A DNA stretch of 64,000 nucleotides from Candidatus Methanophagales archaeon (GCA_003336485.1 QENH01000200.1:7510-71509); one strand, 5' to 3'. Shown: positions 9,608 through 21,221, counted from the first letter of the stretch. Numbers and translations: made by a program. The notes: a model not told the origin generated them from the sequence alone.

Positions 9608-9804
9608 GTATAAGTCTGGATTTTATAGAATCATGTGAGAACCCGGGTATGTGTGGTCCATGGTGCCTCTTCCCGCTTACAATCATCCTGTTCGTGGCTA
9701 TAGTGGTTATACTGGGATTTGCGGAACGGCGTATAGTTGATTGGTATACTATTATACAAATTAAGAAACGCCTGGAAGAGAATGAAGTTCAACAATTTGA
9801 TTAG
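9604..9804 (+). CDS. Small hydrophobic protein, possibly spurious
   Basis: 66 aa with one predicted TM (LFPLTIILFVAIVVILGF). The start overlaps the upstream stop in an ATGA arrangement. Confidence 0.25.
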   Translation: MSISLDFIESCENPGMCGPWCLFPLTIILFVAIVVILGFAERRIVDWYTIIQIKKRLEENEVQQFD

Positions 9805-10076
9805 ATATATTCCCATTTTTTTCGTTACTAAAAGCGAGCAGAAATCTATAGTGATATCGTAGAGGTATAACGTTGCTTATGTATTTGTGCAGTATCCCCG
9901 GGATATTTACAAATTCAAAGCTATGGTTCGGGCTATCGGATTCCTCTCCGTTTTGGAAAAATCAAGACGATTGCGATAACAAATATTATTTTATATCTTG
10001 TGGGGGCGTACATATATATATCCTATGTCGGCTTATATCAAACAATCTCATTAAGATGAAAAGAGGCGAATAAGAA

Positions 10077-11366
10077 ATGAACGACAATTCTAGCACCGTC
10101 AAGTGGGAAAAGAAGGAATTAGAGAAAATTTCTTTGGCTGAAGGAGTTAACGTGGAAAAATTGGAACAACTCCTTGGAGCAGGTCAAGTGGTAATCCCAA
10201 AAAACGCAAAGAGGGCAGAGAAGGGAGACATAACGCTAAAAGCTATTGGCGCTGGGATGAGTATGAAAGTGAACGTTAACGTAGGTACGTCAACGGATTA
10301 TGTTAGCGTCGAGGAAGAAGTAAGAAAGGCAAAGGTAGCGGTAGAATACGGCGCGGATGCCATAATGGACCTCTCCACTGGTGGAAACCTCGCTGCAACC
10401 AGGAGAGCGATTTTGAAAGAGGTAGATGTGCCAGTAGGGACGGTCCCGATATACCAGGCGGCTTTAGAGAAGGCTGATGAACGGGCAGTAGTGGACATGA
10501 GTTCCGATGACTTGTTCAATGCGGTAAGGACCCATGCAAAAGACGGAATAGATTTTGTCACCATTCATGCCGGTGTCAATCAGAATTCGTTGGCACGATT
10601 GAAACTTAGCGGGCGCATATTAGATGTTGTCAGTCGCGGTGGCGCGTTCCTCGTTGCTTGGATGATACATAACGAGCGTGAGAATCCATTTTACGCCGAA
10701 TATGATTACCTGTTGGAAATAGCGAACGAGTATGATTTAACGCTCAGTTTGGGCGATGGTATGCGTCCAGGTTGCGTTTCCGATGCTTCCGACCGTGCCA
10801 AATTTGCAGAAGCTATTACACTTGGCGAACTCGTGAAACGAGCTCGTGAAGAAGGTGTACAGGCAATGGTCGAAGGCCCGGGACATGTGCCATTAGACGA
10901 AATAGAAGCATCTGTAAAGATAATAAAGCATGTAACTGATTTTGCACCGCTTTACCTCTTAGGGCCTCTTGTTACTGACATCGCACCCGGATACGACCAT
11001 TTCGTGAGTGCGATCGGTGGTGCGGTTGCGGGGATGTACGGTGCGGACTTCCTATGTATGGTTTCGCCATCAGAGCATTTGGCGTTGCCATCAGTGGACG
11101 ACATAAAGGAAGGCACGATCGTAACGAAGATAGCTGCGCATGTCGCAGACCTTGTAAGAGAGGGGCAACGAGAAAAGGCGAGACAATTAGATGCTGAGAT
11201 GGCTCATGCAAGGAAAGGCCTCGATTGGAAAAGGCAATTTGAGCTCGCGATGAACCCTGAGGAAGCGATGAGAATAAGAAATAGCAGACTCTCGAAAAGC
11301 GATGCATGCTCTATCTGTGGCGATCTGTGCGCGATAAAGATGGTGAAGGAGTGTTTGGAGAAATGA
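10077..11366 (+). CDS. thiC: Phosphomethylpyrimidine synthase ThiC
   Basis: 429 aa with a conserved radical-SAM-type C-terminal CxxCxxxxC ([13 protein letters not shown]) and an overall ThiC-like sequence. Confidence 0.9.
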   Translation: MNDNSSTVKWEKKELEKISLAEGVNVEKLEQLLGAGQVVIPKNAKRAEKGDITLKAIGAGMSMKVNVNVGTSTDYVSVEEEVRKAKVAVEYGADAIMDLSTGGNLAATRRAILKEVDVPVGTVPIYQAALEKADERAVVDMSSDDLFNAVRTHAKDGIDFVTIHAGVNQNSLARLKLSGRILDVVSRGGAFLVAWMIHNERENPFYAEYDYLLEIANEYDLTLSLGDGMRPGCVSDASDRAKFAEAITLGELVKRAREEGVQAMVEGPGHVPLDEIEASVKIIKHVTDFAPLYLLGPLVTDIAPGYDHFVSAIGGAVAGMYGADFLCMVSPSEHLALPSVDDIKEGTIVTKIAAHVADLVREGQREKARQLDAEMAHARKGLDWKRQFELAMNPEEAMRIRNSRLSKSDACSICGDLCAIKMVKECLEK

Positions 11367-11486
11367 TTTTGAGTTTGAGGGACTTAAACCAAGAGAATTA
11401 TATTAATTCCGCATCTTGTTCATTTTATGTGCTCTTAATGTAAGCAAATAGGATCTGTTTCTTCTACTTATGGTCTTTTATATGAC

Positions 11487-11534
11487 CTTGACGAATAGAA
11501 TAATGCAAAAAGATATGAGGTGAAAAAGAAGAAA
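11487..11534 (+). promoter_or_regulatory. Conserved 5' leader/promoter block shared by the three beta-helix paralogs. The other copies are at 14288-14322 and 16057-16107.
   Basis: The block ATGACGAATAGAATAA(A)TG(C/A)AAAAG recurs immediately upstream of each paralog start. Confidence 0.4.
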
Positions 11535-13940
11535 ATGAAAAAACCAATAGCAATTTTATTGATAGCTGCAATATTAACGCTAGGCATAGCTACAAGTGCA
11601 CTGCCATTCTCATTCTCAACTTGCGCAACTACAAATAACCAAGGATCTCCACTACTGGCAACAGCCATGCCAGCACTAGCACAAGGTAGCAATGGCACTC
11701 CTAGCGAAGGCGACGCCAGTAGTATGGAAATTCCCCCGAATGCTGAGGAAAATGAGATAACAACGGGCAAGGAGTACTTAAACACCATACAAATGGACGG
11801 TTCTTCATCAGCTCTTTCACATGATGATACAAAGCTTCCATACAACTCTTCGGGTAACAGACAAAAAGGCAGAGATATGCATACATTAGGGAAAATACCG
11901 AGTGAATCGGAACAGCCAGTAGAAGTATCAAAACCACCATTGAAAGGATCTAAACAGCCAGTAAAAGTATCGAAACCGCCAATTAAAGAATCCAAACAAC
12001 AATTAGTACATAATATAAACACAGGCGAGGACTTCACCACGATCCAAGCAGCAATAGATGATCCTGATACATTGGATGGACATACGATTACGGTTGATCC
12101 GGGAACGTATACGGAGAATGTAGCTGTTTACAAGTCTTTAACTATACACTCAACCACAGGTAATCCATTAGATACGATTGTTCAGACGAATTCTGATGAC
12201 CATGTCGTTAATGTATCTGCGGATTATGTGAACATAAAGGGGTTTACGGTGTCGGTGATAGATGATTGGATGAAGGCGGGAATATATCTCGGAAGCGGAG
12301 TGGATCACTGCACCCTCTCTGATAATAATATGACAGATACTTGGTGGGGCATCTATCTAGATCATTCCAACCACAACTATCTCTCTAACAATAACGCCTG
12401 GTATAACGAGTATGGCATCTCTCTGGATTATTCCAGCAACAACTGTCTCTCTAACAATAACGCCTGGTATAATAACGAGTATGGCATAGGTCTATCTCAT
12501 TCCAGCAACAACTGTCTCTCTAACAATAATATCTCGGATTTTAACTTTTATAGCATCTACCTATTGGAATCTAGCAACAACTCCATCTCTAACAATAATC
12601 TCTGGAATAACGAGGATGGCATATACCTATCTTATTCCAGCGACAACTATATTTCTAACAATAATGGTTGGGCTAACAATGGTTATTTCATTAGGCTGTC
12701 GCATTCCAGCAACAACCATATTTCTAACAATAATGCATGGTCAAACTTCTTGGGTGGTATCCGTTTGTCACATTCCAGCAACAACACGATCTCCAACATT
12801 AATACTTCGAACAACGATTTCTTTGGCATTTGTCTATCTGATTCCGACAACAACGGTCTCTATAACAATAATGTCTCGAACAACGGGGATTATGGTATCT
12901 GCCTCTCTTCCTCGAGTAGCAACACCATCTACAACAACTACTTCAACAACACGAACAACGCCTATGATGATGGAACCAACATCTGGAACATCTCAAAAGA
13001 AAATGGACCAAATATCATTGGTGGTGACTATCTTGGTGGGAACTATTGGAGCGATTACACGGGCATAGATGAAGATGGCGATGGACTTGGAGATACTTTG
13101 CTACCATACAACTCTTCTGGTGAGATCCAAAATGGCGGTGATTTGCGGCCATTAGTTACAGCGTGTTTTACACCGCCGGAGATCACTTCTTCCGCCCCTC
13201 TTTCTCCGGTTAACGATACAATATGCACATGGCGGACATTTAACGTTACGGTAGATCAGACGGTGAACGTGCGCTGGTATTTGAACGATATGTTATTATT
13301 CACGAACCTAAGTGTGCGAAAAGCCGATTGCACACTCCATGCAGAGGTTGTGGGAGAACACAACGTAACAGCAAATGCATCGAATGCAAATGGCTCTGAT
13401 CTGCAGACCTGGATCTGGAATGTGACTGGTTTTACTGCGGAGCCGCCTGAAATAACATACTATGCCCCCAAATCGCCGGTTAACGATACCCGAAATGCAA
13501 CAAGGACATTCAACATCACAATCAATCAATCAGTAAATGTTAGTTGGCAGATAAACGGCACGACAGTTCAGGCCAATGAGGGTCTAACCGAAGCATCATA
13601 CACGAATACAAGTGCGGTCATTGGGACCTGGAACGTTTCTGTGATTGTAAGCAATGCAAATGGGACCGACATGCAGACGTGGATATGGACTGTAACATCA
13701 CCATGTTTCATAGCAACAGCAGCATATGGGACGCCATTGCACGGAGATATAGACGTTTTGAGAGATTTCCGAGACGAATATCTGATGTCGAATCCAACCG
13801 GGAGAGCATTTGTAAAAGTTTATTATAATGCAAGTCCCCCAATTGCTGATTGGATAAGGGCGAATGAAGGATTGGGAACTGCTGTACGGGAAGGTTTTGT
13901 TAAACCATTAGTGTATGTTACGAGGATGTTTGTAGGCTGA
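11535..13940 (+). CDS. Secreted right-handed parallel beta-helix (PbH1/NosD-like) repeat surface protein, paralog 1
   Basis: Signal peptide [22 protein letters not shown] (ORF-track start at 11520 adds a K-rich extension). Sequence features in order:
- K/P-rich 11-aa repeats ([11 protein letters not shown]);
- ~22-aa PbH1 repeats (GIxLxxSSNNxxSNNN);
- NosD-like tail [28 protein letters not shown];
- two ~90-aa Ig-like repeats;
- a conserved C-terminal CFIATAAYG domain. Confidence 0.8.
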   Translation: MKKPIAILLIAAILTLGIATSALPFSFSTCATTNNQGSPLLATAMPALAQGSNGTPSEGDASSMEIPPNAEENEITTGKEYLNTIQMDGSSSALSHDDTKLPYNSSGNRQKGRDMHTLGKIPSESEQPVEVSKPPLKGSKQPVKVSKPPIKESKQQLVHNINTGEDFTTIQAAIDDPDTLDGHTITVDPGTYTENVAVYKSLTIHSTTGNPLDTIVQTNSDDHVVNVSADYVNIKGFTVSVIDDWMKAGIYLGSGVDHCTLSDNNMTDTWWGIYLDHSNHNYLSNNNAWYNEYGISLDYSSNNCLSNNNAWYNNEYGIGLSHSSNNCLSNNNISDFNFYSIYLLESSNNSISNNNLWNNEDGIYLSYSSDNYISNNNGWANNGYFIRLSHSSNNHISNNNAWSNFLGGIRLSHSSNNTISNINTSNNDFFGICLSDSDNNGLYNNNVSNNGDYGICLSSSSSNTIYNNYFNNTNNAYDDGTNIWNISKENGPNIIGGDYLGGNYWSDYTGIDEDGDGLGDTLLPYNSSGEIQNGGDLRPLVTACFTPPEITSSAPLSPVNDTICTWRTFNVTVDQTVNVRWYLNDMLLFTNLSVRKADCTLHAEVVGEHNVTANASNANGSDLQTWIWNVTGFTAEPPEITYYAPKSPVNDTRNATRTFNITINQSVNVSWQINGTTVQANEGLTEASYTNTSAVIGTWNVSVIVSNANGTDMQTWIWTVTSPCFIATAAYGTPLHGDIDVLRDFRDEYLMSNPTGRAFVKVYYNASPPIADWIRANEGLGTAVREGFVKPLVYVTRMFVG

Positions 13941-14322
13941 GCGGGGATATTTTGAACTGAATTCTGTCATCGCGATAACACGTCCCAAAGTTGGCTCTTC
14001 GTCCGTCCAGAACTCCCACATATCTTCATCACACGCCGAGTCATATATTCGCGGTGAATTCTCAGTATTGTCTGTCTCACCCTTATCCCGGTCATTGGTG
14101 AGCCAAGCAGTAGAGGAGAGCAACAATAATTTTTGAAGGGTGTATAGCGCGGTTTATTTCGATTATTCAGCCCTGCTTGTGGAGTCGAAAGAGGTTTCTA
14201 CTTTTGGAGTTATAAGGTCACAACTTGTTTATACGTTATCAACACACCAAAATAACACCTGTTCATTCTACCGAGGGTGTTTTATATCAACATGACGAAT
14301 AGAATAAATGAAAAGGAAAAAA

Positions 14323-15876
14323 ATGAAAAACCCAATAGCAATTTTATTGATAACTGCAATATTAACGCTAGCCATAGCTACAAGTGCACTGCCATTCTCG
14401 GCTTGCGCAACTACAAATAACCAAGATTCTTTGATACGGGCAACAGCCATGCCAGCACTAGCACAAGATAGTAAGGATACTCCCTGCGAAGACAACGCCA
14501 ATAGTATGGGATTTGCCCCGAACGCTGAGGAAAATGAGATAACAACGGGCAAGGAGGGCTTAGACACCATACAAATGGACGGGTCTTCATCAGCTCTTTC
14601 GCATGGCGATACAAAGCTACCATACAACTCTTCTGGCAACATAAAAAATGGCGGAGATCTGCATACATTAGAGAAAAAATCGAGTGGATCGAAACCGCCA
14701 GTGAAAGTATCGAAACAGCCGGTGAAAATATCGAAACCACCCGTGAAAGTATCTAAACTACTTTTAGTTCATAATAGGGACACCGGCAAGAACTTTGCTA
14801 CGATACAGGCTGCGATTGATGATTCTGATACCGTAGATGGGCATACGATTATGGTTGATCCAGGAACGTATACGGAAAATATAGTTGTTTACAAGTCTCT
14901 AACGATCAGATCAACCACAGGTAATCCGGCGGATACGATTGTCCCGGCTGCGGATTATAGAGCTCATGTCTTTAATGTGACCGCGGATTATGTGACTATA
15001 CGCGGGTTTACGGTATCGGGGGCAAATGATTATGATACACTGCCGGCCGGAATATATCTGGGAAACGGAGTGGATCACTGCAACATCTTAGATAATAATC
15101 TAATTGACAATTGGAGGGGCATCGATATATACTATTCCAACAACAACGGTCTCTCTAACAATAACGCCTGGTATAACGAGTATGGCATCGGTCTATCTCA
15201 TTCTAGCAACAACTGTCTCTCTAACAATAATATCTCGAATTTTAACCATTATAGCATCTACCTATTGGAATCTAGCAACAACTCCATCTCTAACAATAAT
15301 CTCTGGGATAACGAGTATGGCATATATCTGTCTTATTCCAGCAACAACTATATTTCTAACATTAATGGTTGGGCTAACAATTGTCATCTCATTACGCTGT
15401 CACATTCCTGCAACAACCATATTTCTAACATTAATGCATGGTTAAACTTCTATGGGGGTATCAGTTTGTCACATTCCAGCAACAACTCTATCTCAAACAT
15501 TAATACTTCGAACAACGATTTCTTTGGCCTCTATCTATCGGATTCCGACAACAACTGTCTCTATAACAATATTGTCTCGAACAACGGGGATTATGGTATC
15601 TACCTCTCTTCTTCTAGTAGCAACACCATCTACAACAACTATTTTGACAACACGAACAATGCTTGGGATGACGGAAGCAACATCTGGAACATCACGCCGA
15701 CCTTAGGCGAGAATATCATTGGCGGTTGCTTGCAGGGAGGTAATTATTGGAGCGATTACACGGGCATAGATGAAGATGGTGATGGACATGGAGATACAAT
15801 GCTACCATACAACTCTCCTGGTGAGATACAAAATGGCGGCGATTTGCGACCATTGGTACCTAGAACGTTTTTATGA
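14323..15876 (+). CDS. Secreted beta-helix repeat surface protein, paralog 2 (lacks the C-terminal domain)
   Basis: It has the same signal peptide and N-terminal region as paralogs 1 and 3, PbH1 repeats and the NosD-like tail, but ends at ...GDLRPLVPRTFL with no Ig-like or CFIATAAYG domain. Confidence 0.7.
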   Translation: MKNPIAILLITAILTLAIATSALPFSACATTNNQDSLIRATAMPALAQDSKDTPCEDNANSMGFAPNAEENEITTGKEGLDTIQMDGSSSALSHGDTKLPYNSSGNIKNGGDLHTLEKKSSGSKPPVKVSKQPVKISKPPVKVSKLLLVHNRDTGKNFATIQAAIDDSDTVDGHTIMVDPGTYTENIVVYKSLTIRSTTGNPADTIVPAADYRAHVFNVTADYVTIRGFTVSGANDYDTLPAGIYLGNGVDHCNILDNNLIDNWRGIDIYYSNNNGLSNNNAWYNEYGIGLSHSSNNCLSNNNISNFNHYSIYLLESSNNSISNNNLWDNEYGIYLSYSSNNYISNINGWANNCHLITLSHSCNNHISNINAWLNFYGGISLSHSSNNSISNINTSNNDFFGLYLSDSDNNCLYNNIVSNNGDYGIYLSSSSSNTIYNNYFDNTNNAWDDGSNIWNITPTLGENIIGGCLQGGNYWSDYTGIDEDGDGHGDTMLPYNSPGEIQNGGDLRPLVPRTFL

Positions 15877-16107
15877 TTGTACGCAATGTTTTGGCTGCAC
15901 AATGAGATTTTTTTATATATATATCAAGCCAAAATGTTCTAGCAAGCAGGTAGCGGCATTTTCCACTTGAAGAGTAAAAAACCCCTATCGTACCCATTTT
16001 ATGAGTCCCTAACACCTATGAATATGACATATTCACCCAACCTATGTCTTTTTATGCAGATATGATGAATAGAACAAATGCAAAAGTATGATGTGGAAAA
16101 GATAAAA

Positions 16108-19100
16108 ATGAAAACCCCAATAGCAATATTATTAATAGCCGCAATATTAACGCTAGCCATAGCTACAAGTGCACTCTCATTCTCGGCTTGCGCAACTACA
16201 AATAACCAAGAATCTTCGACATTGGCAACAGCCATGCCAGCACTAGCACAAGGTAGCAATGGTACCCCTAACGAAGACGACACCAGTAGTAGGGGATTTA
16301 CCCCGGATGCTGTGGCATGTGTCTTAACAAAGGACGTGGTGGCCTTTGATACCGTACAAATGGACGGTTTTGCATCTGCCCTTTCGCATGAAGATACAAC
16401 GCTTCCATACAACTCTTCGGGTAACAGACAAAAAGGCAGAGATATGCATACATCAGGGAAAATACCGAGTGAATCGGAACAGCCAGTAGAAGTATCAAAA
16501 CCACCATTGAAAGGATCTAAACAGCCAGTAAAAGTATCGAAACCGCCAATGAAAGAATCCAAACAACAATTAGTACATAATATAGACACAGGCGAGAACT
16601 TCACCACGATACAAGCTGCGATTGGTGATCCTGATACCGAGAATGGGCATACGATTACGGCTGATCCGGGAACGTATACGGAGAATGTAGTTGTTTACAA
16701 GTCTTTAACTATTCGCTCAACCACAGGAAATCCAGCAGATACGATTGTTCAGGCGGCGGATTCCTATGATCATGTCGTTAATGTGACTGCGGATTCTGTG
16801 ACTATAAGCGGGTTTACGGTGTCGGCGATAGATGGATATGCTGCAGGGATATATCTTGGAAGCGGAGTGGATCACTGCAATATCTCTGATAATAATGTAA
16901 CTGTCACTTATGGGTCGGGTATATATCTAGATTGTTCTAGCAACAACCTTATCTCTAACAATAATGCCTGTGGTAACGGGCCATCTGGCATCGAGCTGTC
17001 TCATTCCAACACCAATACTATCGTTAACAATACTGCAGACTATAATGACGAATATGGAATCCATCTGGATTATTCCAGCAACAACTTCATCTCTAACAAT
17101 AATGCCAGCGGGAATAACGGGCATGGCATCTATCTATCTCATTCCAACAACAACTCTCTTTCTAGCAATAATGTCTCGCAGTGTTGGTATGGCATCTATC
17201 TATCTCATTCCAACAACAACTCTCTTTCTAACAGTAATGTTTGGGGATTCGATGATGATGGCATCAGTCTATATTATTCTAGCAACAATTCGCTCTATAA
17301 CAATAACGTCTGGCTTAGCAGTGGTACGGGCATCCGTCTGTCATCTTCCAGCCACAACTCGCTCTCTAACAATAATGTCTTTAGTAACCTTGCTTTTGGC
17401 ATCGCGCTATATGGATCCAGCAACAACTCTCTTTCTACTAATACCCTAGAAAATAACGATTATGGCATCGAGCTGTCTCATTCCACCTGCAACTCGCTCT
17501 ATAACAATAATGTCTTGAAGAATGATGAGCATGGCATCCACCTCTCTTCTTCAGATAGCAACCTCATCTACAACAACATTTTCAACAACACGAACAACGC
17601 CTATGATGATGGAAGCAACATCTGGAACATCACAAAAGAATATACCCCAAACGGGAACATCATTGGCGGTCCTTACTTAGGGGGGAACAATTGGAGCGAT
17701 TACATGGGCATAGATAAAGATGGCGATGGACTTGGAGATACTTTGATGCCATACAACTCTTCGGGCGACATCCAAAACGGCGGCGATTTGCGGCCATTAG
17801 TGGAACCATCTGAACTACCAGTACATAATACAAACACAGGCGAGAACTTCGCCACGATACAAGCTGCGATTGATGATCCTGATACCGTGAATGGGCATAC
17901 GATTACGGCTGATCCGGGAACGTATATAGAGAATGTAGTTGTTTACAAGTCTTTAACTATGCACTCAACCTCAGGAAATCCATCAGATACGATTGTTCAG
18001 GCGGCGGATTCCTATGATCATGTCGTTAATGTGACTGCGGATTATGTGACTATACGCGGGTTTACGGTGTCGGGGGCATCATATGGATGGGATATAGCGG
18101 GAATATATCTTGGAAGCGGAGTGGATCATTGCACCATCTCTGATAATAATATAACTGACAATGGGTGGGGCATCTATCTGGATCATTCCAGCCACAACCA
18201 TCTCTATAACAATAATGTCCGGGGTAACGTCGGCGTTAATGGCGGCGGAATCAGGCTGTCATATTCCGGCGGCAACACTCTCTCTAACAATAACGTCTTG
18301 AACAACGAGGATGATGGCATCTGGCTATATCATTCCAACAACAACACTCTCTCTAACATTAATGCATCGCATAACTACTTTGGCATCATTCTGTCACATT
18401 GCAGCAACAACTCGCTCTTTAATATTGATGCTTCTAACGCATTCGCAAGCATATGGCTCTCTCAATCCAGCAACAACTCGCTCTTTAACATTAATGCCCG
18501 CCACAGCTCTGGTGACGCCGGCATTGTGCTGTTTCAATCCAGCAACAACTCGCTCTCTAACATTAATGCATCGGATGTCATGGGTTATCCTGGCATACAC
18601 CTCTCATCTTCCAGCAACAACTCGCTCTTTAACATTAATGCCTTTAACAACTTTTTAGGCATCGAGCTGTCAGATTCCAGCAACAACACTCTCTATAACA
18701 ATAATGTCTCGAATAACTATCTGTGGGGCATCGAGCTGTCACATTCCTCCTGCAACTCGCTCTATAACAATAATGTCTCGAACAATTATGATCTTGGCAT
18801 CCGCCTCTCTTCTTCAAACAATAACCGCATCTACAACAACATTTTCAACAACACGAACAACGCCTATGATGATGGAACAAACATCTGGAACATCACAAAA
18901 GAATATACGCCAAACGGGAACATCATTGGCGGTACTTACTTAGGGGGGAACAATTGGAGCGATTACATGGGCATAGATGAAGATGGCGATGGACTTGGAG
19001 ATACTTTGCTGCCATACAACTCTTCGGGCGACATCAAAAATGGCGGCGATTTGCGGCCTTTAGTGGAACCATCTGAACTACCAGTACATAATATAGACAC

Positions 19101-20616
19101 AGGCGAGAACTTCGCCACGATACAAGCTGCGATTGATGATCCTGATACCGTGAATTGGCATACGATTACGGCTGATCCGGGAACGTATACGGAGAATGTA
19201 GTTGTTTACAAGTCTTTAACTATTCGCTCGACCACAGGAAATCCATCAGATACGATTGTTCAGGCGGCGGATTCCTATGATCATGTCGTTAATGTGACTG
19301 CGGATTCTGTGACTATAAGCGGGTTTACGGTGTCGGGGGCACCAAGTTGGGATAGTGCAGGGATATATCTTGGAAGCGGAGTGGATCTTTGCACCATCTC
19401 TGATAATAATATAACTGACAATGGGAGGGGCATCTATCTGGATCATTCTAGCCACAACACTCTCTCTAACAATAATGCCCTGAAGAACTTTTGGTGTGGC
19501 ATCTATCTAGATTATTCCAGCAACAACAAGCTCCTCAACAATACTATCTTTCGAGGCGATTATGGCATCTATCTGGATTATTCCAGCAACAACTTCCTCT
19601 ATAACAATACTGTCGATTGGAGCGGTATGGAAGGCATAATTATGTCACATTGCAGCAACAATTCGCTCTTTAACAATAATGCCTGGGGTGTCAATGGTCC
19701 AGGCATCCATCTATCTTCTTCCAGCAACAACAACAATCTCTCAAACAATAATGCCTGGCATAACCTTGATGGTATCATTCTGTCACATTGCAGCAACAAC
19801 TCGCTCTTTAACAATAACGCCTGGTATAACGAGTATGGCATAGGTCTATATCATACCAACAACAACACTCTCTCAAACATTAATGCATCGCATAACGACT
19901 TTGGCATCTATCTGTATCATTGCAGCAGCAACTCGCTCTTTAACAATAACGCCTTTAACAACTATTTTGGCATCGAGCTGTCACATTCCAGCAACAACTC
20001 TATCTCAAACATTAATACATCGAACAACGATTTCTTTGGCATCTATCTATCTGATTCCGACAACAACTGTCTCTATAACAATATTGTCTTGAAGAATGAT
20101 GAGCATGGCATCCACCTCTCTTCTTCAGATAGCAACCTCATCTACAACAACATTTTCAACAACACGAACAACGCCTATGATGATGGAAGCAACATCTGGA
20201 ACAGCACAAACACCACGGGACCGAACATCATTGGTGGACCTTATATTGGCGGTAACTATTGGTCTGATTATGCAGGTATTGATTCGAATCATGATGGTTT
20301 TGGCGATACGCCTTATAATATACCGCCAGGCGGCATTAGCAAAGATTATTTACCGCTGGTTCCTGTTGAACCATCACCATGTTTCATAGCAACAGCAGCA
20401 TATGGTACGCCATTGCACGATGATATAGACGTTTTGAGAGATTTCCGAGACGAATATCTGATGATGAATCCAACAGGGAGAACATTTGTAAAAGTTTATT
20501 ATACATTGAGTCCACCGGTTGCGGATTTGATAAGGGGAAATGAAGGACTGGGAACTGCTGTACGGGAGGGTTTTGTTAAACCCTTAGTGTATGTTACGAG
20601 GATGTTTGTAGGCTGA
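16108..20616 (+). CDS. Giant secreted beta-helix repeat surface protein, paralog 3 (three tandem NosD-like modules)
   Basis: The same signal peptide is followed by three ~420-aa modules, each starting [22 protein letters not shown] and ending ...[13 protein letters not shown], then the C-terminal CFIATAAYG domain. The ORF-track start at 16078 is an upstream in-frame ATG. Confidence 0.8.
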   Translation: MKTPIAILLIAAILTLAIATSALSFSACATTNNQESSTLATAMPALAQGSNGTPNEDDTSSRGFTPDAVACVLTKDVVAFDTVQMDGFASALSHEDTTLPYNSSGNRQKGRDMHTSGKIPSESEQPVEVSKPPLKGSKQPVKVSKPPMKESKQQLVHNIDTGENFTTIQAAIGDPDTENGHTITADPGTYTENVVVYKSLTIRSTTGNPADTIVQAADSYDHVVNVTADSVTISGFTVSAIDGYAAGIYLGSGVDHCNISDNNVTVTYGSGIYLDCSSNNLISNNNACGNGPSGIELSHSNTNTIVNNTADYNDEYGIHLDYSSNNFISNNNASGNNGHGIYLSHSNNNSLSSNNVSQCWYGIYLSHSNNNSLSNSNVWGFDDDGISLYYSSNNSLYNNNVWLSSGTGIRLSSSSHNSLSNNNVFSNLAFGIALYGSSNNSLSTNTLENNDYGIELSHSTCNSLYNNNVLKNDEHGIHLSSSDSNLIYNNIFNNTNNAYDDGSNIWNITKEYTPNGNIIGGPYLGGNNWSDYMGIDKDGDGLGDTLMPYNSSGDIQNGGDLRPLVEPSELPVHNTNTGENFATIQAAIDDPDTVNGHTITADPGTYIENVVVYKSLTMHSTSGNPSDTIVQAADSYDHVVNVTADYVTIRGFTVSGASYGWDIAGIYLGSGVDHCTISDNNITDNGWGIYLDHSSHNHLYNNNVRGNVGVNGGGIRLSYSGGNTLSNNNVLNNEDDGIWLYHSNNNTLSNINASHNYFGIILSHCSNNSLFNIDASNAFASIWLSQSSNNSLFNINARHSSGDAGIVLFQSSNNSLSNINASDVMGYPGIHLSSSSNNSLFNINAFNNFLGIELSDSSNNTLYNNNVSNNYLWGIELSHSSCNSLYNNNVSNNYDLGIRLSSSNNNRIYNNIFNNTNNAYDDGTNIWNITKEYTPNGNIIGGTYLGGNNWSDYMGIDEDGDGLGDTLLPYNSSGDIKNGGDLRPLVEPSELPVHNIDTGENFATIQAAIDDPDTVNWHTITADPGTYTENVVVYKSLTIRSTTGNPSDTIVQAADSYDHVVNVTADSVTISGFTVSGAPSWDSAGIYLGSGVDLCTISDNNITDNGRGIYLDHSSHNTLSNNNALKNFWCGIYLDYSSNNKLLNNTIFRGDYGIYLDYSSNNFLYNNTVDWSGMEGIIMSHCSNNSLFNNNAWGVNGPGIHLSSSSNNNNLSNNNAWHNLDGIILSHCSNNSLFNNNAWYNEYGIGLYHTNNNTLSNINASHNDFGIYLYHCSSNSLFNNNAFNNYFGIELSHSSNNSISNINTSNNDFFGIYLSDSDNNCLYNNIVLKNDEHGIHLSSSDSNLIYNNIFNNTNNAYDDGSNIWNSTNTTGPNIIGGPYIGGNYWSDYAGIDSNHDGFGDTPYNIPPGGISKDYLPLVPVEPSPCFIATAAYGTPLHDDIDVLRDFRDEYLMMNPTGRTFVKVYYTLSPPVADLIRGNEGLGTAVREGFVKPLVYVTRMFVG
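16576..20345 (+). repeat. Three tandem ~1.25 kb coding modules inside paralog 3. They start near 16576, 17824 and 19087, with a period of about 1248-1263 bp.
   Basis: Read directly from the sequence. Module ends are about 95% identical at nucleotide level (for example 17650-17822 vs 18900-19083), while interiors differ in PbH1 repeat content. Confidence 0.85.
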
Positions 20617-20636
20617 GCGGGGATATTTTATTCCAT

Positions 20637-21221
20637 TTATGTGAAAAACTTCTCGTTCAGAATCTCAATCGCATCCTTCTCTCTACGCCCGCCGCATTTT
20701 TCGACTATGTCCGCATAATGTACCATCTCTTTTTTTAGCTCTTCCTGTTCTCGTTCATCCCTGGTCATTTTATACCGCGTTGCGAGTATAGTAGCTTCAA
20801 TCACCGCATTAAGCCCCCTATTTATCGCTTTTAGCTCATTCCAATTGATTTTCACTGCTATGGGCGTCAATTGAAAGATGGAATATACACCGCTCTTCTC
20901 TTCTAAAACCGCCCGGAATATTATCCCCGATTGCGCTTCTTTTAGTACCGGAAATCCGGAAAGAGCTGAATAATGCGATTTGTCCAACTTCTCAAATGCC
21001 GCTTTCACGAATAAGACCGCGTCACAGGTTACATTCGCGGCTAATTTGTCCGTTTCCGTCACGTTAGAAAGGGTTCTTGAACCTTTGTATAGTTTCACAA
21101 AATGCCCGTTTGTTGTTGTTATTATACCAATAGGGGCAGCATTGAACGTGCCCACAGCGGATCTCGAGGTAACTATTACTTCTGATATGCCCTCGTCTAT
21201 GCCAGCTTCTCTTATGTTCAT
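20637..21221 (-). CDS. DUF447-like protein (predicted flavin-binding split barrel)
   Basis: 194 aa. It resembles methanogen DUF447 proteins, but the family assignment comes from memory and is not computed. Confidence 0.4.
   Translation of the reverse strand: MNIREAGIDEGISEVIVTSRSAVGTFNAAPIGIITTTNGHFVKLYKGSRTLSNVTETDKLAANVTCDAVLFVKAAFEKLDKSHYSALSGFPVLKEAQSGIIFRAVLEEKSGVYSIFQLTPIAVKINWNELKAINRGLNAVIEATILATRYKMTRDEREQEELKKEMVHYADIVEKCGGRREKDAIEILNEKFFT

Noticed and set aside
9805-10076. Possible TPP riboswitch in the ~270-nt leader upstream of thiC
   Set aside because: I could not find the conserved TPP-riboswitch core elements (CUGAGA, the ACCUGAUCUGGAUAAUGCCAGCG-type pyrimidine-sensor helix) on either strand. 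The leader is AT-rich and contains only a TATATATA-like promoter tract. A covariance-model search (Rfam RF00059) would be decisive.
12990-13140. Dockerin-like calcium-binding interpretation of the [15 protein letters not shown] segment
   Set aside because: The segment is a single D/G-rich loop within the conserved NosD-like C-terminal region ([14 protein letters not shown]...). It is not the duplicated 12-residue EF-hand-like dockerin repeat, and no cohesin partner is evident.
11468-20092. Antisense and alternate-frame ORFs listed inside the beta-helix genes (for example 11468-12040, 12616-13068, 14268-14642, 15104-15445, 15999-16607, 16964-17449, 18311-18658, 19883-20092)
   Set aside because: Their translations are low-complexity strings such as [10 protein letters not shown] or TTRS, produced by reading the N-rich PbH1 repeats in the wrong frame or strand. 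They overlap the much longer, motif-rich sense ORFs.
16576-20345. CRISPR-like periodic repeats
   Set aside because: The period is ~1.25 kb, not 60-75 bp. The repeats are protein-coding modules in one continuous ORF. There are no short spacer/repeat units and no cas genes anywhere in the window.
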